A stretch of 64,000 nucleotides of DNA, taken from positions 16,302 to 80,301 of the IMG/VR virus record IMGVR_UViG_3300046557_000512. One strand, written 5' to 3'. Positions 8,780-18,700 of this stretch are shown piece after piece. Numbering within the stretch: position 1 is the stretch's first letter; every line of letters starts with the position of its first letter. The notes beneath the pieces are model-generated. The model saw only the letters and a list, made by a program, of their open reading frames with translations. It made no database searches and was not told the origin of the DNA. Source of the stretch: a virus. The translations under genes were made by a program, and so were the position numbers.

Positions 8780-9628
8780 TCAACCCAAGGCTTTCGCGCG
8801 TCGCATTGTGACCTCGGAGAAATGCGCGGCCGCCAGCTCCTCGGGCAGGTGCCGCTTGTGGTAGACCATCACTGCCAATGGGACCGCGGGGTCAGCCACC
8901 ACGCCGCGCTCCTCGATCTGGGCGATCAGCCACCGGCGATAGTCGTCCTGGATCTTGAGCCCGCAATAGTTCTCGATCTCGAATGCCGGATGCGCAGCCG
9001 CGCGCAGCTTGTGCTGGCACTCCGCCTGCCAAAGGTTGATTGTCTCTGCACACATCCGGTCGTTGTAGAGGTGCCACGGCTGGGGAACGCGGTCCCATTG
9101 GCGCTCGAGCGCGTTCTCGATCGCGAGCTTACAGAAGGCGTCATAGGGGATGCCGAACAGGTCGGCCGCGACCATCGCCTTGAACATGCCGACGATGTAT
9201 TGAGAGCCGCGCTCCCAAATGTCGGCCTCAACCTGCTTCGTGAAGATGGCGCCGTAGAGCTTGTTGAACGACGCGACCTCGCCGGCGGTCATGACCTTGC
9301 CGTTCTTGTCTCGCTGCGGGCCTCGTGACATCACGAAGTTGCGCGCGCCCGCCCGCATCGCCTTGAGATACTCGCGATTGAACAACATGAAGCTATGGCC
9401 TGGCGAGAGCCGGCGGTAGTCCCACCAGCGGCTCTCGTAGACCATAGCCATGTCGGCGAAGTGCTGCTTCTTGACGTGCGCCGCCAGGAGCGCCTCGAGC
9501 CTGGCCGAGGGCATGTTGATGCCCTCGAACAGACCAAAGACAGCGAGGTTCAGATCCCAGGGATCATTGGCAAGGGATGCCGAGAAAGTAGGGGGCGGCA
9601 CCGCTTCCAATGTGGTCGTCGTTGTCAT
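8780..9628 (-). CDS. Hypothetical phage protein upstream of the helicase
   Basis: 282-aa ORF in the replication operon with genome-typical codon use. Confidence 0.65.
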   Translation of the reverse strand: MTTTTTLEAVPPPTFSASLANDPWDLNLAVFGLFEGINMPSARLEALLAAHVKKQHFADMAMVYESRWWDYRRLSPGHSFMLFNREYLKAMRAGARNFVMSRGPQRDKNGKVMTAGEVASFNKLYGAIFTKQVEADIWERGSQYIVGMFKAMVAADLFGIPYDAFCKLAIENALERQWDRVPQPWHLYNDRMCAETINLWQAECQHKLRAAAHPAFEIENYCGLKIQDDYRRWLIAQIEERGVVADPAVPLAVMVYHKRHLPEELAAAHFSEVTMRRAKALG

Positions 9629-10364
9629 GTGGTTTCCGGGAGTTGTTGCGGTAGCGCTCGATGACCTCGCGCACGAGGCCGGAGCGGACGATGTCGTCGA
9701 GGGTGAACTCGAACACCGAGACCGACTTCACGCCGCGCATGCGGTCGATCGCGTCAGTGAACCCGTCGATGCCCTGGTATTCACCGAAGCGCTGATGGGC
9801 GTCGCCGTCGACCACGATCTTGCTGTGCTCGCCGATGCGAGTGAGAAACATCTCCATCTCGCGCGGCGTCATGTTCTGCGCCTCGTCGAGCAGCACGAAG
9901 GCGTTCTCGAAGGTGTGGCCCTGTAAGAATGGCACCGGTGCGATCTCGATACGGCCGTTGGCGATATACGCCTCGACGGTTGCGGCGCCGAGGATCTTCT
10001 CGAAGATCTTGCGCACAGGCAGGAAGTAGGGAGCGAACTTCTCCTCCATCGTGCCCTTGAGGAAACCCATCGGGGTTCCAGCCTCGACGTTCGGCCGAGT
10101 TACGATCACTTGGTCGACCACCTTATCGCGCAGCGCGAGAGCAGCCAGGCCGGCGGCACAATGGGTCTTGCCCGTGCCTGCCGGCCCCTTCAGGAATGTC
10201 AGCTGACTGGCGTTGATCGTGGCGATGCAGCGACGCTGTGCGTCGTTCTTCGGCTTGAGCTCGCCGATACCGCGCGCCCGCGGCCCAGGTGCTATTAGCG
10301 CCTCGGTGGGTAAAGCGACGGGAGAGTGACGATCGCGGCGGGTTGGTTTCGAATCACGCTTCAT
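9564..10364 (-). CDS. phoH: PhoH-like ATPase
   Basis: GPAGTGKT, IVTRP, GFLKG, LDEAQN, IVVDGD, DIVRSGLV. Start at MKRDSK (SD AAGGAG). Confidence 0.93.
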   Translation of the reverse strand: MKRDSKPTRRDRHSPVALPTEALIAPGPRARGIGELKPKNDAQRRCIATINASQLTFLKGPAGTGKTHCAAGLAALALRDKVVDQVIVTRPNVEAGTPMGFLKGTMEEKFAPYFLPVRKIFEKILGAATVEAYIANGRIEIAPVPFLQGHTFENAFVLLDEAQNMTPREMEMFLTRIGEHSKIVVDGDAHQRFGEYQGIDGFTDAIDRMRGVKSVSVFEFTLDDIVRSGLVREVIERYRNNSRKPHDNDDHIGSGAAPYFLGIPCQ

Positions 10365-10420
10365 GTTTGTCACTCCTTTGTGTGTGTCGTCTACCATGCA
10401 CCGCGAGCAGCGCAACCGGT

Positions 10421-10972
10421 TTATGCGGTCGCCAGCGATTCTATCAGCTTGTTGCCTTTCGACCGATTGGTTTTTTGCTTGGCGACGCGAAGATTGTTCT
10501 GGACATGGAGACCGCAGACGTTCTTGCCCTGCAGCGGCACGATATGGTCGACCTCGTAGGGCACACCTGTCTGCGCTGATAGCGCGGCGGCGGTCTCATA
10601 GTAGAGGGTGATCGCGTCCTGATCCGCCCATTTCGGCGTCGCTTGGAGTATGCGAGCACGACGTCGCGCAGTCGCAGCGTTAGCCTTGTCTGGATTGTCG
10701 CGGATCCATTGGCGACCGTAGGCCCGCTTCTGCTCGATGTTCGCTTCATTCCAGCGATCGTTGCGGGCTCTCACTTTGTCTTTATTCTCGCGTTGCCATG
10801 TCGCGATGTAGTCGACCTTCGTCAAGCGCACGTCCGCCTCGCAGTCGAGGCAGTTGAAGTTGCCCGTGCGACGCTTGGCGATGTGACCTTTGTTACATGG
10901 CCTGCCCGTAAAATAATGCCGCAAACCTTGGGCCTTAGCATCTTTTCGGGAGATCAGATTCACGCGAACCAT
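10421..10972 (-). CDS. Free-standing HNH (homing) endonuclease
   Basis: YFTGRPCNKGH...CLDC N-terminus and VDHIVPLQGKNVCGLHVQNNL. Confidence 0.88.
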   Translation of the reverse strand: MVRVNLISRKDAKAQGLRHYFTGRPCNKGHIAKRRTGNFNCLDCEADVRLTKVDYIATWQRENKDKVRARNDRWNEANIEQKRAYGRQWIRDNPDKANAATARRRARILQATPKWADQDAITLYYETAAALSAQTGVPYEVDHIVPLQGKNVCGLHVQNNLRVAKQKTNRSKGNKLIESLATA

Positions 10973-12618
10973 CTACCATTCATCAGCGTTATCAAGCAAC
11001 GCTTCCCGTTCGGGTAAACGAGACAGTGCGTATGGTCCCAAGAGGACATGCCGCGATTGTAACCTTGGTCCAGGCTGCCCGAGACCCCGACCACAACCGC
11101 GCCGTCGATGATCTGCGGACTGTGGGTGTGTCCGCTGATCGACTTGGGTCCGGCGCGTGTGAATTGCTTGGGACTGCCGCGCGATCCATTGGCGCCGAGA
11201 TGCCCGTGCATGGCGCACTCAATGTCGCCGCAAATGATATATGTGTCGTCCTCACCGACAAACTCGATGTTCGCCGTGAGACCAGCTGACAGGTCGTTGA
11301 GCACATGCTCGAACACCGGTGGTGTCTGCACGCCCAGTCCCAGCTGCTGGTAATAGTAGGTCTGACACTCAAGGAAGAAGACCGCGTTCTCAGGGTCCTC
11401 CCGATAGTCGGCCGTCTTGAGCCATGTCACCAGAGCCTGGTCATGATTGGATTCGACGACCACGGAGCGACACCAAGGGCGCGAGGTGTCTACGAGGAAT
11501 TGGGCACAACCCGACAGCGCATCACGCACGTTGGCGGTGTCGTGCGCATGGGTCGCGAACCTAAAATGGTGATCTTTGATTCGGTGGTGGTTTCGAGCGG
11601 TGAAGTCGGACAGATCATGAAAGAACTGGTGACGCGGCCGGAAGCGATCGAGTAGACCGCCCTCGCCCCATGTCGTGCGCTCAACGATCGGGTCGAGCTT
11701 CTCGTGGTGGATGTCCCCATAGACCAGGGCTTCTGCCCGGTGGTCGGTGGTCACGTTGCCGCGCTCCACACGGCGATCGAGGTCGTAGAAGCTGCCGTCG
11801 TCTTCGGCCAGCAGGTGCCGGCAGAAGAACGAGCCATCAGGGTGCAACTCGACGAGCACGCAGCCGATCACATGGTGGAAGCTAGCCTTGATGCCCGCCT
11901 TCTTCTGGACGTAGTTCGGCATTGTGACGAAGCCGGTGGTCATCAGCTGCTTGGTGCGCGCCATCTTGGCCGTCGCAACCGACTGCAACTGGACCTTGGC
12001 GTGCGGGAACACGCCCCACTTATCGCGCGTGTAGGTCTCGAAGCCCGACAGGGGATTGGTGGCCGTAGGAAGCGTATTCATCTCCCCGCAGAACAGGAGA
12101 CCATCGCCTATCTCGACCTGGTCTTGGGTCCAGTATTTCATGATACGCGGGTGCCACCAGTGCTTGTCCGCGTCGTTCTTGTCGTGGCTCTCAAACAGCT
12201 GCTTGTTGTAGGTCGAGCCAGAAATCATGGTCTCGGAATCACCGAGCCACGCCGCATAGGCTTCCATGTTGTCCATGAAGCCGTGGTGGACCTCAGATCC
12301 ATCTTGGCCAGCGCCGAGGAAGAAGTAGCGAACCCCCTGCCCCGGCGCGCGCGGCTTCGGTTTTATCGGATCGGTGCGCGACCACACCGGCACGGTCTTC
12401 ACTTCCTCGACCGGCGCCTTCGGTCGACGCGCGCCGCGGCTGCGATCGATGAGTTCCGCGGTGTCGGCGTCGAGCTCGCGTGCCAGGGTGCGCATCTCGC
12501 CGGCGCGGTTGCGCACGGTCTTGACGCTGACACCCAGCTCGTCGGCCACGTCGTCGATCGTCGGGAACCGCGCGGTGTCGTTGTAGACAGCGGCGAAGCG
12601 ACTATCGAAGGCTCGCAT
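10960..12618 (-). CDS. Calcineurin-like metallophosphoesterase with N-terminal HTH
   Basis: TIDDVADELGVSVKTVRN HTH, GDIH, HDLSD, SNHD, HGH, GHTH. Start MRAFDS is coupled to the endolysin stop (TGATG). Confidence 0.8.
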   Translation of the reverse strand: MRAFDSRFAAVYNDTARFPTIDDVADELGVSVKTVRNRAGEMRTLARELDADTAELIDRSRGARRPKAPVEEVKTVPVWSRTDPIKPKPRAPGQGVRYFFLGAGQDGSEVHHGFMDNMEAYAAWLGDSETMISGSTYNKQLFESHDKNDADKHWWHPRIMKYWTQDQVEIGDGLLFCGEMNTLPTATNPLSGFETYTRDKWGVFPHAKVQLQSVATAKMARTKQLMTTGFVTMPNYVQKKAGIKASFHHVIGCVLVELHPDGSFFCRHLLAEDDGSFYDLDRRVERGNVTTDHRAEALVYGDIHHEKLDPIVERTTWGEGGLLDRFRPRHQFFHDLSDFTARNHHRIKDHHFRFATHAHDTANVRDALSGCAQFLVDTSRPWCRSVVVESNHDQALVTWLKTADYREDPENAVFFLECQTYYYQQLGLGVQTPPVFEHVLNDLSAGLTANIEFVGEDDTYIICGDIECAMHGHLGANGSRGSPKQFTRAGPKSISGHTHSPQIIDGAVVVGVSGSLDQGYNRGMSSWDHTHCLVYPNGKRCLITLMNGRWFA

Positions 12619-13115
12619 CAGGCGTCTTGCCCCGTGCGCATCATCTTCTCGAGGCGATCGGCGCGTGCGCCAACCTGGCCGTCCCATTTCGAGTTCGCCA
12701 TGCCATCGGCGGCGGCGCCGTATTTCCCGGTGCGGACGAACTCGAGGGTGTTCTTGAAGCCAGTCAGGCCCTTGATGCCGTTGCCGATGCCCATGTTGAA
12801 GCACATGTTCAGCAGCACACGCTGGCGGACGTCGTCGAGCTTGCGCCACCAAGGCAGCTTGCGGTCGAGGTCGGCTTCGCTGCGCTTGATGTCGTTGAAA
12901 AAGAGATAGTCCGACTGCGCTTGCGTAATGCCGTACTTGATGATGCTGGCGACGGTGATGCCCAACACCCGAGTCTCCTCGGCCGAGATGCCGACGTCGT
13001 CGAGGTTGCGCCCCTTGCCGATCGACAACTTGCCGGCGGTGCAGCGGTAGACGCGAAGCTTGTCGCCTTCGTCACGCGCAATCTCCTGCGCCAGTTTGAG
13101 GTGGTTATAGTCCAT
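12618..13115 (-). CDS. Endolysin, T4-lysozyme-like (GH24)
   Basis: DEGDKLRVYRCTAGKLSIGKGRNL, LNMCFNMG, SKWDGQVGARADRL. Confidence 0.9.
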   Translation of the reverse strand: MDYNHLKLAQEIARDEGDKLRVYRCTAGKLSIGKGRNLDDVGISAEETRVLGITVASIIKYGITQAQSDYLFFNDIKRSEADLDRKLPWWRKLDDVRQRVLLNMCFNMGIGNGIKGLTGFKNTLEFVRTGKYGAAADGMANSKWDGQVGARADRLEKMMRTGQDA

Positions 13116-13233
13116 GGAAACCTCGTGTGTGCCGGACACTATGCACTACGGGCGTAGTGGTGCCGTTGGGTTTGGGGAGCGGTGCGCTCCGGGATCAGCA
13201 GCGCGAGGAGCGCCGCGAGGATTGTGCGGCGCA

Positions 13234-13620
13234 TCAATCCTTCTTCATGCCGGGCAGCGACGGAATGATGTCCTTCACGACGTTTGTAATCGTCGTCAAA
13301 GGACTCTCGGCGAACTGCTTCGACGCGTTCATGAAGCCGAGAACGATGTTCTCGGTCATCACGCCGGCGATGCCGGCCGCCGTAAGCTGCCAGGGAAGAC
13401 TGCGGCCCTCCATGATCCACCCCGCCAGCAAAGCGCCGACGCCACCGAACATGCAGCCGGCGGCGAGCTTCAGTGCCGTGCGTCGCGTCGCATCGAAGAT
13501 CGACGCGAGCAACGTGATGAGCGAACCGCCCACGAAGAACAGCGTGTGGCCGATCGCCGACGCGTAGTCGGGGCTTACGCTCGCTGCGATATTGGCCGCG
13601 GCGGCGGCGTTGTTCGACAT
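13234..13620 (-). CDS. Putative holin (about 3 TM helices)
   Basis: Hydrophobic segments, basic C-terminus, upstream of the endolysin. Start MSNNAAA. Confidence 0.6.
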   Translation of the reverse strand: MSNNAAAAANIAASVSPDYASAIGHTLFFVGGSLITLLASIFDATRRTALKLAAGCMFGGVGALLAGWIMEGRSLPWQLTAAGIAGVMTENIVLGFMNASKQFAESPLTTITNVVKDIIPSLPGMKKD

Positions 13621-13970
13621 TATCGGTTGCCCCAGAGATAGACCGGCTCGAGACCGCGCGAGACGATCAGCTTGTGCTTGATGAACAGGTGTGCGGTGAA
13701 GAAGAGAATGCCCATGCCGGCATGAAGCGGCATCCACATGTTGGTGTGCGGGCCGACGTAAAAGAGGCCGTTGAGCAGTGCCCAGAACCCCAACACCGCG
13801 GTGTGTGCGATCGTGAAGATTGTCGAGCAGACCACCCAAACATAGGCGAGAGCGTTTTCACGGCCGCGCAGGATGTCTCGCGGCGTGAAGTGGAAATCGA
13901 CCCCACTCCCGATCGCCAGCAGCCCCGAAATCAGGGCCAGCAGCGAACATGCGAGTGCGAGAGCGATCAT
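13620..13970 (-). CDS. Membrane protein of the lysis cassette (holin/antiholin-like)
   Basis: 116 aa, 3-4 TM segments, TAATG coupling to the next gene. Confidence 0.55.
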   Translation of the reverse strand: MIALALACSLLALISGLLAIGSGVDFHFTPRDILRGRENALAYVWVVCSTIFTIAHTAVLGFWALLNGLFYVGPHTNMWMPLHAGMGILFFTAHLFIKHKLIVSRGLEPVYLWGNR

Positions 13971-14206
13971 AAGCTGAATTTCTCCATGCAGGTTATCCTA
14001 TGCATGTGTGTTGAATAGCATGCAGTCTACCACGGGTAGTGGAGCTGTGCAACGGCAACGCAACGTTTGGATTGGTGCGAGGTCATCGTGCGGGCTACCT
14101 TGAAAACCGGGTATGTGCATGGTAGATAACACAACTGCGTGTTATACTCAACAGCGGTTGCACGCCGTCAACGCGTTTCACCACCCATCGGAGTTCACCA
14201 AACAAA

Positions 14207-14644
14207 ATGCTCGAATTTAACCTTGCTGACGGCAACGCTTTGGACATCCCGGCGGCCAGTATCTCGATGTTCGAGAGCCTGACGGCCGTGAAGAACGAAG
14301 CCTACCCCGACGCCAAATCGTTCATCCGCTATTCGATCGGCGAGATGGACTACCAAGCCCTGCTGACCGACAGCTTCGACGACGTCATTCGTGTCCTCGA
14401 CATCAACGTCCGGCCTGGCCCCTGGCTCATCCTGACCAACGCCAACGGCAACAAGCTTGGCGTGATCGCCGGCAATATCCTGGCACGTAAGGGCCTGCCG
14501 TCCGGCGAGACCGAACTATCGATCGCGCTGAATCAGAACGGCCAGATCGGCGACTTCACCGTCAGCGAGACCCGCGACACCGTCAAGACGATGATGGGCG
14601 ACCTCAATCGGCCGGCCGGTCTCATCGAAATACCCACCGCTTAA
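14207..14644 (+). CDS. Hypothetical protein with two internal beta-rich repeats
   Basis: 145-aa ORF with SD GGAG and its own promoter (TATACT near 14143), divergent from the lysis genes. Confidence 0.7.
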   Translation: MLEFNLADGNALDIPAASISMFESLTAVKNEAYPDAKSFIRYSIGEMDYQALLTDSFDDVIRVLDINVRPGPWLILTNANGNKLGVIAGNILARKGLPSGETELSIALNQNGQIGDFTVSETRDTVKTMMGDLNRPAGLIEIPTA

Positions 14645-14667
14645 CCCCACAAACCAGGAGAAGGACC

Positions 14668-14943
14668 TTGGATATTCCCGAAAACCCCACCCCCGAAGAA
14701 CTGGAGGAAATGCGAGCTGCCGTCGAAGCCGAAGATCAACGCATTGCCCAGGAAGCTATTGCGGCTCGCGCCGCTAAGCTTGCTCCCTTGCGTGCGATCC
14801 TCGACTCGAACGGCTTCAAGACCGTCTTGAACGGCCTGCGCGACATTCGCGACGGAGGCACCCTCTCGGAGGAGCCGAACATTGCTCCTCACCTCGATGC
14901 ACTGGTGACCATCATGCCAGTGCTGGATACCAACGCGAACTAA
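14668..14943 (+). CDS. Hypothetical protein
   Basis: TTG start with SD, followed by a terminator. Confidence 0.6.
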   Translation: MDIPENPTPEELEEMRAAVEAEDQRIAQEAIAARAAKLAPLRAILDSNGFKTVLNGLRDIRDGGTLSEEPNIAPHLDALVTIMPVLDTNAN

Positions 14944-14947
14944 GACG

Positions 14948-14971
14948 AAGGGGGCCGGAAGGCCCCCTTTT
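14948..14971. terminator. Intrinsic terminator between convergent genes
   Basis: aagggggcc-ggaa-ggccccctttt. Confidence 0.8.
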
Positions 14972-15416
14972 AGTATTCTAGCGCTGGCGGTTCGGGCCAG
15001 ACGACTTCTTCTGGCGATCCAAAGTCGATCGCGATCCGATGCAGAGCGCGGATCATCACCCGCACCTGAGCCTGGCATCCCGGCGTAAGCGGGGAGCACC
15101 CCTCATCCACAGCCCAGCGCCAGCGATCGATGCGCAGATTGCGCTCTGATCGCACATGATCCCCCATCGGTGTATCCCAAGGGTTGGCGGCAGCGCGCGC
15201 CGCGGCGTCCGCCTGTTCGGCTTCAGCAGCGATCTCGCGCTGAGTGTGAATGATGCAGCAGGCGCAATAACCCTTCTCTCCATCTTCGTCAGGCACGATC
15301 GCGAAAGCCGGCAGACTCTTGCCACAGCCCCCGCATTCGTAACCGGCAGGGTCGAGCTTGGATGGGTCGACCCCCGCGGCGATCGCGTGATCTTCGAGAT
15401 TGATATAATCGGTCAC
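14970..15416 (-). CDS. Tail fibre assembly chaperone-like protein with N-terminal Cys4 motif
   Basis: CGGC...CACC, VRSERNLRI...WPEPP C-terminus, located downstream of the fibre gene. Confidence 0.65.
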   Translation of the reverse strand: MTDYINLEDHAIAAGVDPSKLDPAGYECGGCGKSLPAFAIVPDEDGEKGYCACCIIHTQREIAAEAEQADAAARAAANPWDTPMGDHVRSERNLRIDRWRWAVDEGCSPLTPGCQAQVRVMIRALHRIAIDFGSPEEVVWPEPPALEY

Positions 15417-15417
15417 G

Positions 15418-15753
15418 CTATGGTCTCACAGTCACGGTGGATTTCTGGCTGGCGGGCGTGGCAGAGCGTTCACCTGACCCGGCGCCCTGTGCCTGCCAGA
15501 TGAGATGCGAGAAGGCGCTCAGAGCTGCTGCGGTGCCTGAGTAGCCGTCGATCGTGAGACCGACTGCCTGGACCCCGCTGCCCATCTGAACGACGATGTC
15601 CTCAAACCAGTTGAGCGTGGCCGTGTTTGAGCCCGTCGTGCCCTGCGACACCGAGACGTTGTCCTGCATGATTTTCTGCCAGACGCCGGCCTTCTTGGCC
15701 CAGATGCCCACGGTGACGGTGCCGTTATATTCCCACGAACCGGGGACAGACAT
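15418..15753 (-). CDS. Small beta-rich tail-fibre-associated protein
   Basis: In frame with the fibre gene after TGA TAA. SD TAAGGA. Confidence 0.6.
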   Translation of the reverse strand: MSVPGSWEYNGTVTVGIWAKKAGVWQKIMQDNVSVSQGTTGSNTATLNWFEDIVVQMGSGVQAVGLTIDGYSGTAAALSAFSHLIWQAQGAGSGERSATPASQKSTVTVRP

Positions 15754-15768
15754 TTCAATCGTTCCTTA

Positions 15769-18700
15769 TCAGTCGGGGATGAATGACGAGTGGAGGGTGA
15801 TCGTGCCGGAGAATTGCAGCCGGTAGTTGCCGTCTGTCGCGTCGGGCGAGCTCGACTTGTCGATTTGCAGAGTTGGTCCGCTCCCTGGCGCCGTCGAGGT
15901 CGTCAGGTCGTAGTTCGACGGGCTTGCCGGCGTCAGGATACGAAGACGAGCCGTGAAGCCGGTAGAGGTCAGACTGTCGGCGTAGAGCTTGTAGGTCTCG
16001 CCAGCGGAAAGTGGCGCCAGGTTGTTCTGCTTGAAATCGAGCGCAGGCAGAGCTCCAAGATCCGTGCCGAAGCTGACGACGTCGCCATCCGAGACAAGGA
16101 AATCCTTCGACTTCAGCGCTACAGGCCAGCCTTGCCCGGAGCCGAGACGAATGAACGCGCCGGCCTGAAGACCCCCGGTAAAGACGGCGTTGCCGCCGAC
16201 CATCTGGAGCGTGAGCGTCCAGCCGGCGGTGGTCTGATTATAGAGCGAGATGTTGGACGCGCCGATCGCGACGTCCGACGTCAGAGTTCCATTGTCATCC
16301 TTTGCACGGAAGCTGATGAACGCAGCCGCGGCGCCAGCCACAACTTCCTTTTGGGCGTAGGCTTCGACCTTGCCGTTGACCGTAACAAGCGCTCCCTCGG
16401 TCGTGGTGACCCGCGACGACAGCGACGTGATGCTCGACGTAGCTGCCTGCGACGCAATCTCCTGGTCGGTCGCAGCACGGAATGATGCCCGATACCATTC
16501 GATCACCTTGGCCGCGCGCGTCAGTTGGGCCCAGTTCGACAAGGCGAACAGAACAGGCTCGGTTGCCGCTGCGTCTTGCAAGCGAACCAGTTTCGCGAAA
16601 CGATACGTGGTGCCCGCGACGCCTGCACCGACCGCGTTGCCGCTGCTGTCGGGATCAGAGAAAAAGTCGATCCGACCCACATCCACCTGATAGGAATTGC
16701 TGCTGTTGTAGCCTTGAAGCAGCATGCTCGACCCGGCCAGCGAACCGCTGATAAGCCTGACTTCTGCTTCCAGCACATACCAGCCGAGACGAAGCGTGCC
16801 TTGACCCATTGCGGTAGTGTTGTTCCAGCTCTGCTGATGTCCGCATTCTTCGGCGGCCGCCACCGTATCGCGAATGGCGAAGCCACCGCGAGGGCTGGTT
16901 ACGCGGGCGCGCGTGGCTGCACCGGTGTAGGCCCAAACGCTCCAATTATCGGGCGGGTTCGACGCGTTCGCCCACGCGTTGAAGAGCGGGTTGACGTTGA
17001 TCGAGTTGGCGCCGATCGTCGCGGCCAGGTTGGCGCTCGACAGCGCGGCAGCTGCGCTGGCCGACGATGCCGCTGCGAAGCTCTGCGCATTGGTCGCGCT
17101 GGTCGATGCGTTGCCCGCTTGCGTGGAGGCCGTGACGGCCGAGCCGGCCGCGGCAGTCGCGCTGTTCGACGCGTTCGTGGCGGACGTGTTTGCGTTCGAG
17201 GCTTGGGTGCTTGCAGTGGACGCGCTGCTCGAGGCGTTGCCGGCGCTGGTGTTGGCGGCGGTGGCCGATCCGCTGGCGGCAGTTGCAGACGTCCCCGCGT
17301 TGGTCGCGCTGGTCGAGGCATTCGACGCGGACGTCGCAGCGGCGGTCGCGGATCCAGCTGCATTGAACTGATCGGTGACGTCCTCGAACTTGCACGAGGC
17401 CAGCTGATAGGTGTTGCTCGCATTGAGCGCGGCAAAGATCGGCCTGATATAAACGCCACCGGCAGCAATGACCGTATCGCCCGACACCTCAGTGACGCGC
17501 GTCACCCAGGTGTTCTGGGTCAGGATGCCACTGCCCGTGGAGATATTGGTCGCCTGATTATAGGCGTCGTTCAGGTAGGTTAGGTAGCAGGCGAACTGAG
17601 GGCTGCCGACCGGCACGTTTGTGACGCGCGCCGTCATCGTGACGCGATAGCGCCTGCCCGCCTGCGCCTTCATCACGCCGATCGACGAGTAATAGGTCGA
17701 GCCCGCACCGTCGACTTCGAACACCTTGCCGATGCCCGTAACCGTTGGGAACCGGAAGGTGGCGTTGGTCTGTATCGACACCCTGGTCGCCGGGTCTCCC
17801 GTATAGCCGGCCTGCCAGAACTTGCCCTCTTGCGTGAAGTCGCTGGGGAAGGTCGCGGCGGCGCTTTGAAGCGCGCCTGCTGCCGAGCTCGAGGCCGAGA
17901 CCTGGGAAGCCAGCGCAGCACTCGCGCTGTTCGACGCGTTGGTCGCCTGGGTGCTCGCGGTAGAGGCGCTACCAGACGCAGCCGTCGCCGAGCCAGCCGC
18001 AGCCGTTGCCGAATTGGATGCGTTGGTCGCCTGCGTGGACGCTGTGTTGGCCGAGCCGGCCGCATTCGTCGCCGAAGTGGCCGCGGTGGTTGCACTGGTC
18101 GAAGCATTGCCGGCGCTGGTCGAGGCGTTCGTGGCGCTGGTCTGTGCAGCACTCGCGCTGGTCGAGGCATTCGTGGCGCTGGTCGAAGCAGTGCTGGCCG
18201 AGCTGGCCGCTGCCGACGCACTCCCCGCAGCGGCGGATTGCTCGGTGATGTCGCGGATGTAAAGCGCGGTGACATCGACACGGGCCGCGGTTGCAAGGTT
18301 GGCCCCAGTGACATCGCGGTTGGTCAGAAGGCCCAACCGAAATACTTCCCCGGCAACCCCAGACGTCGTCGTGTCATAGGTCCAGGTGAGCGTCTGAACG
18401 GTGCCGTCGAGGAGAACGTAGGGAGACAGAACAACGTTGCCGCTATTGGCCTTCGCCGCGTTGAAGCGCGTCAGATATGCGCCCGCGTAGTTTGCGGCCG
18501 ATCCCGATACCTTCTTGATGACCGCGACAAGCTGATACTTGCGACCAGGCGCCCACACGATCTTGCTGTTGCACCAGGCGCCCCACGGATACGAAGCGGC
18601 CGCGGTGTCGAGCTGGATCGTCTTTCCGTCCGTCGACATGGTGTTAGCCGGCAGCGAACCATCGGCGTAGTTGGTGAACGCCTGCGTGAAGATCCCAGCC

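Noticed and set aside
12619-12852. N-terminal extension of the 630-aa ORF
   Set aside because: It overlaps the endolysin out of frame. The TGATG-coupled start at 12618 is more plausible.
13139-13420. 93-aa ORF between holin and endolysin
   Set aside because: Mostly an out-of-frame overlap of the holin. Only a ~31-aa tail (MRRTILAALLALLIPE...) could be real, which is too weak to call.
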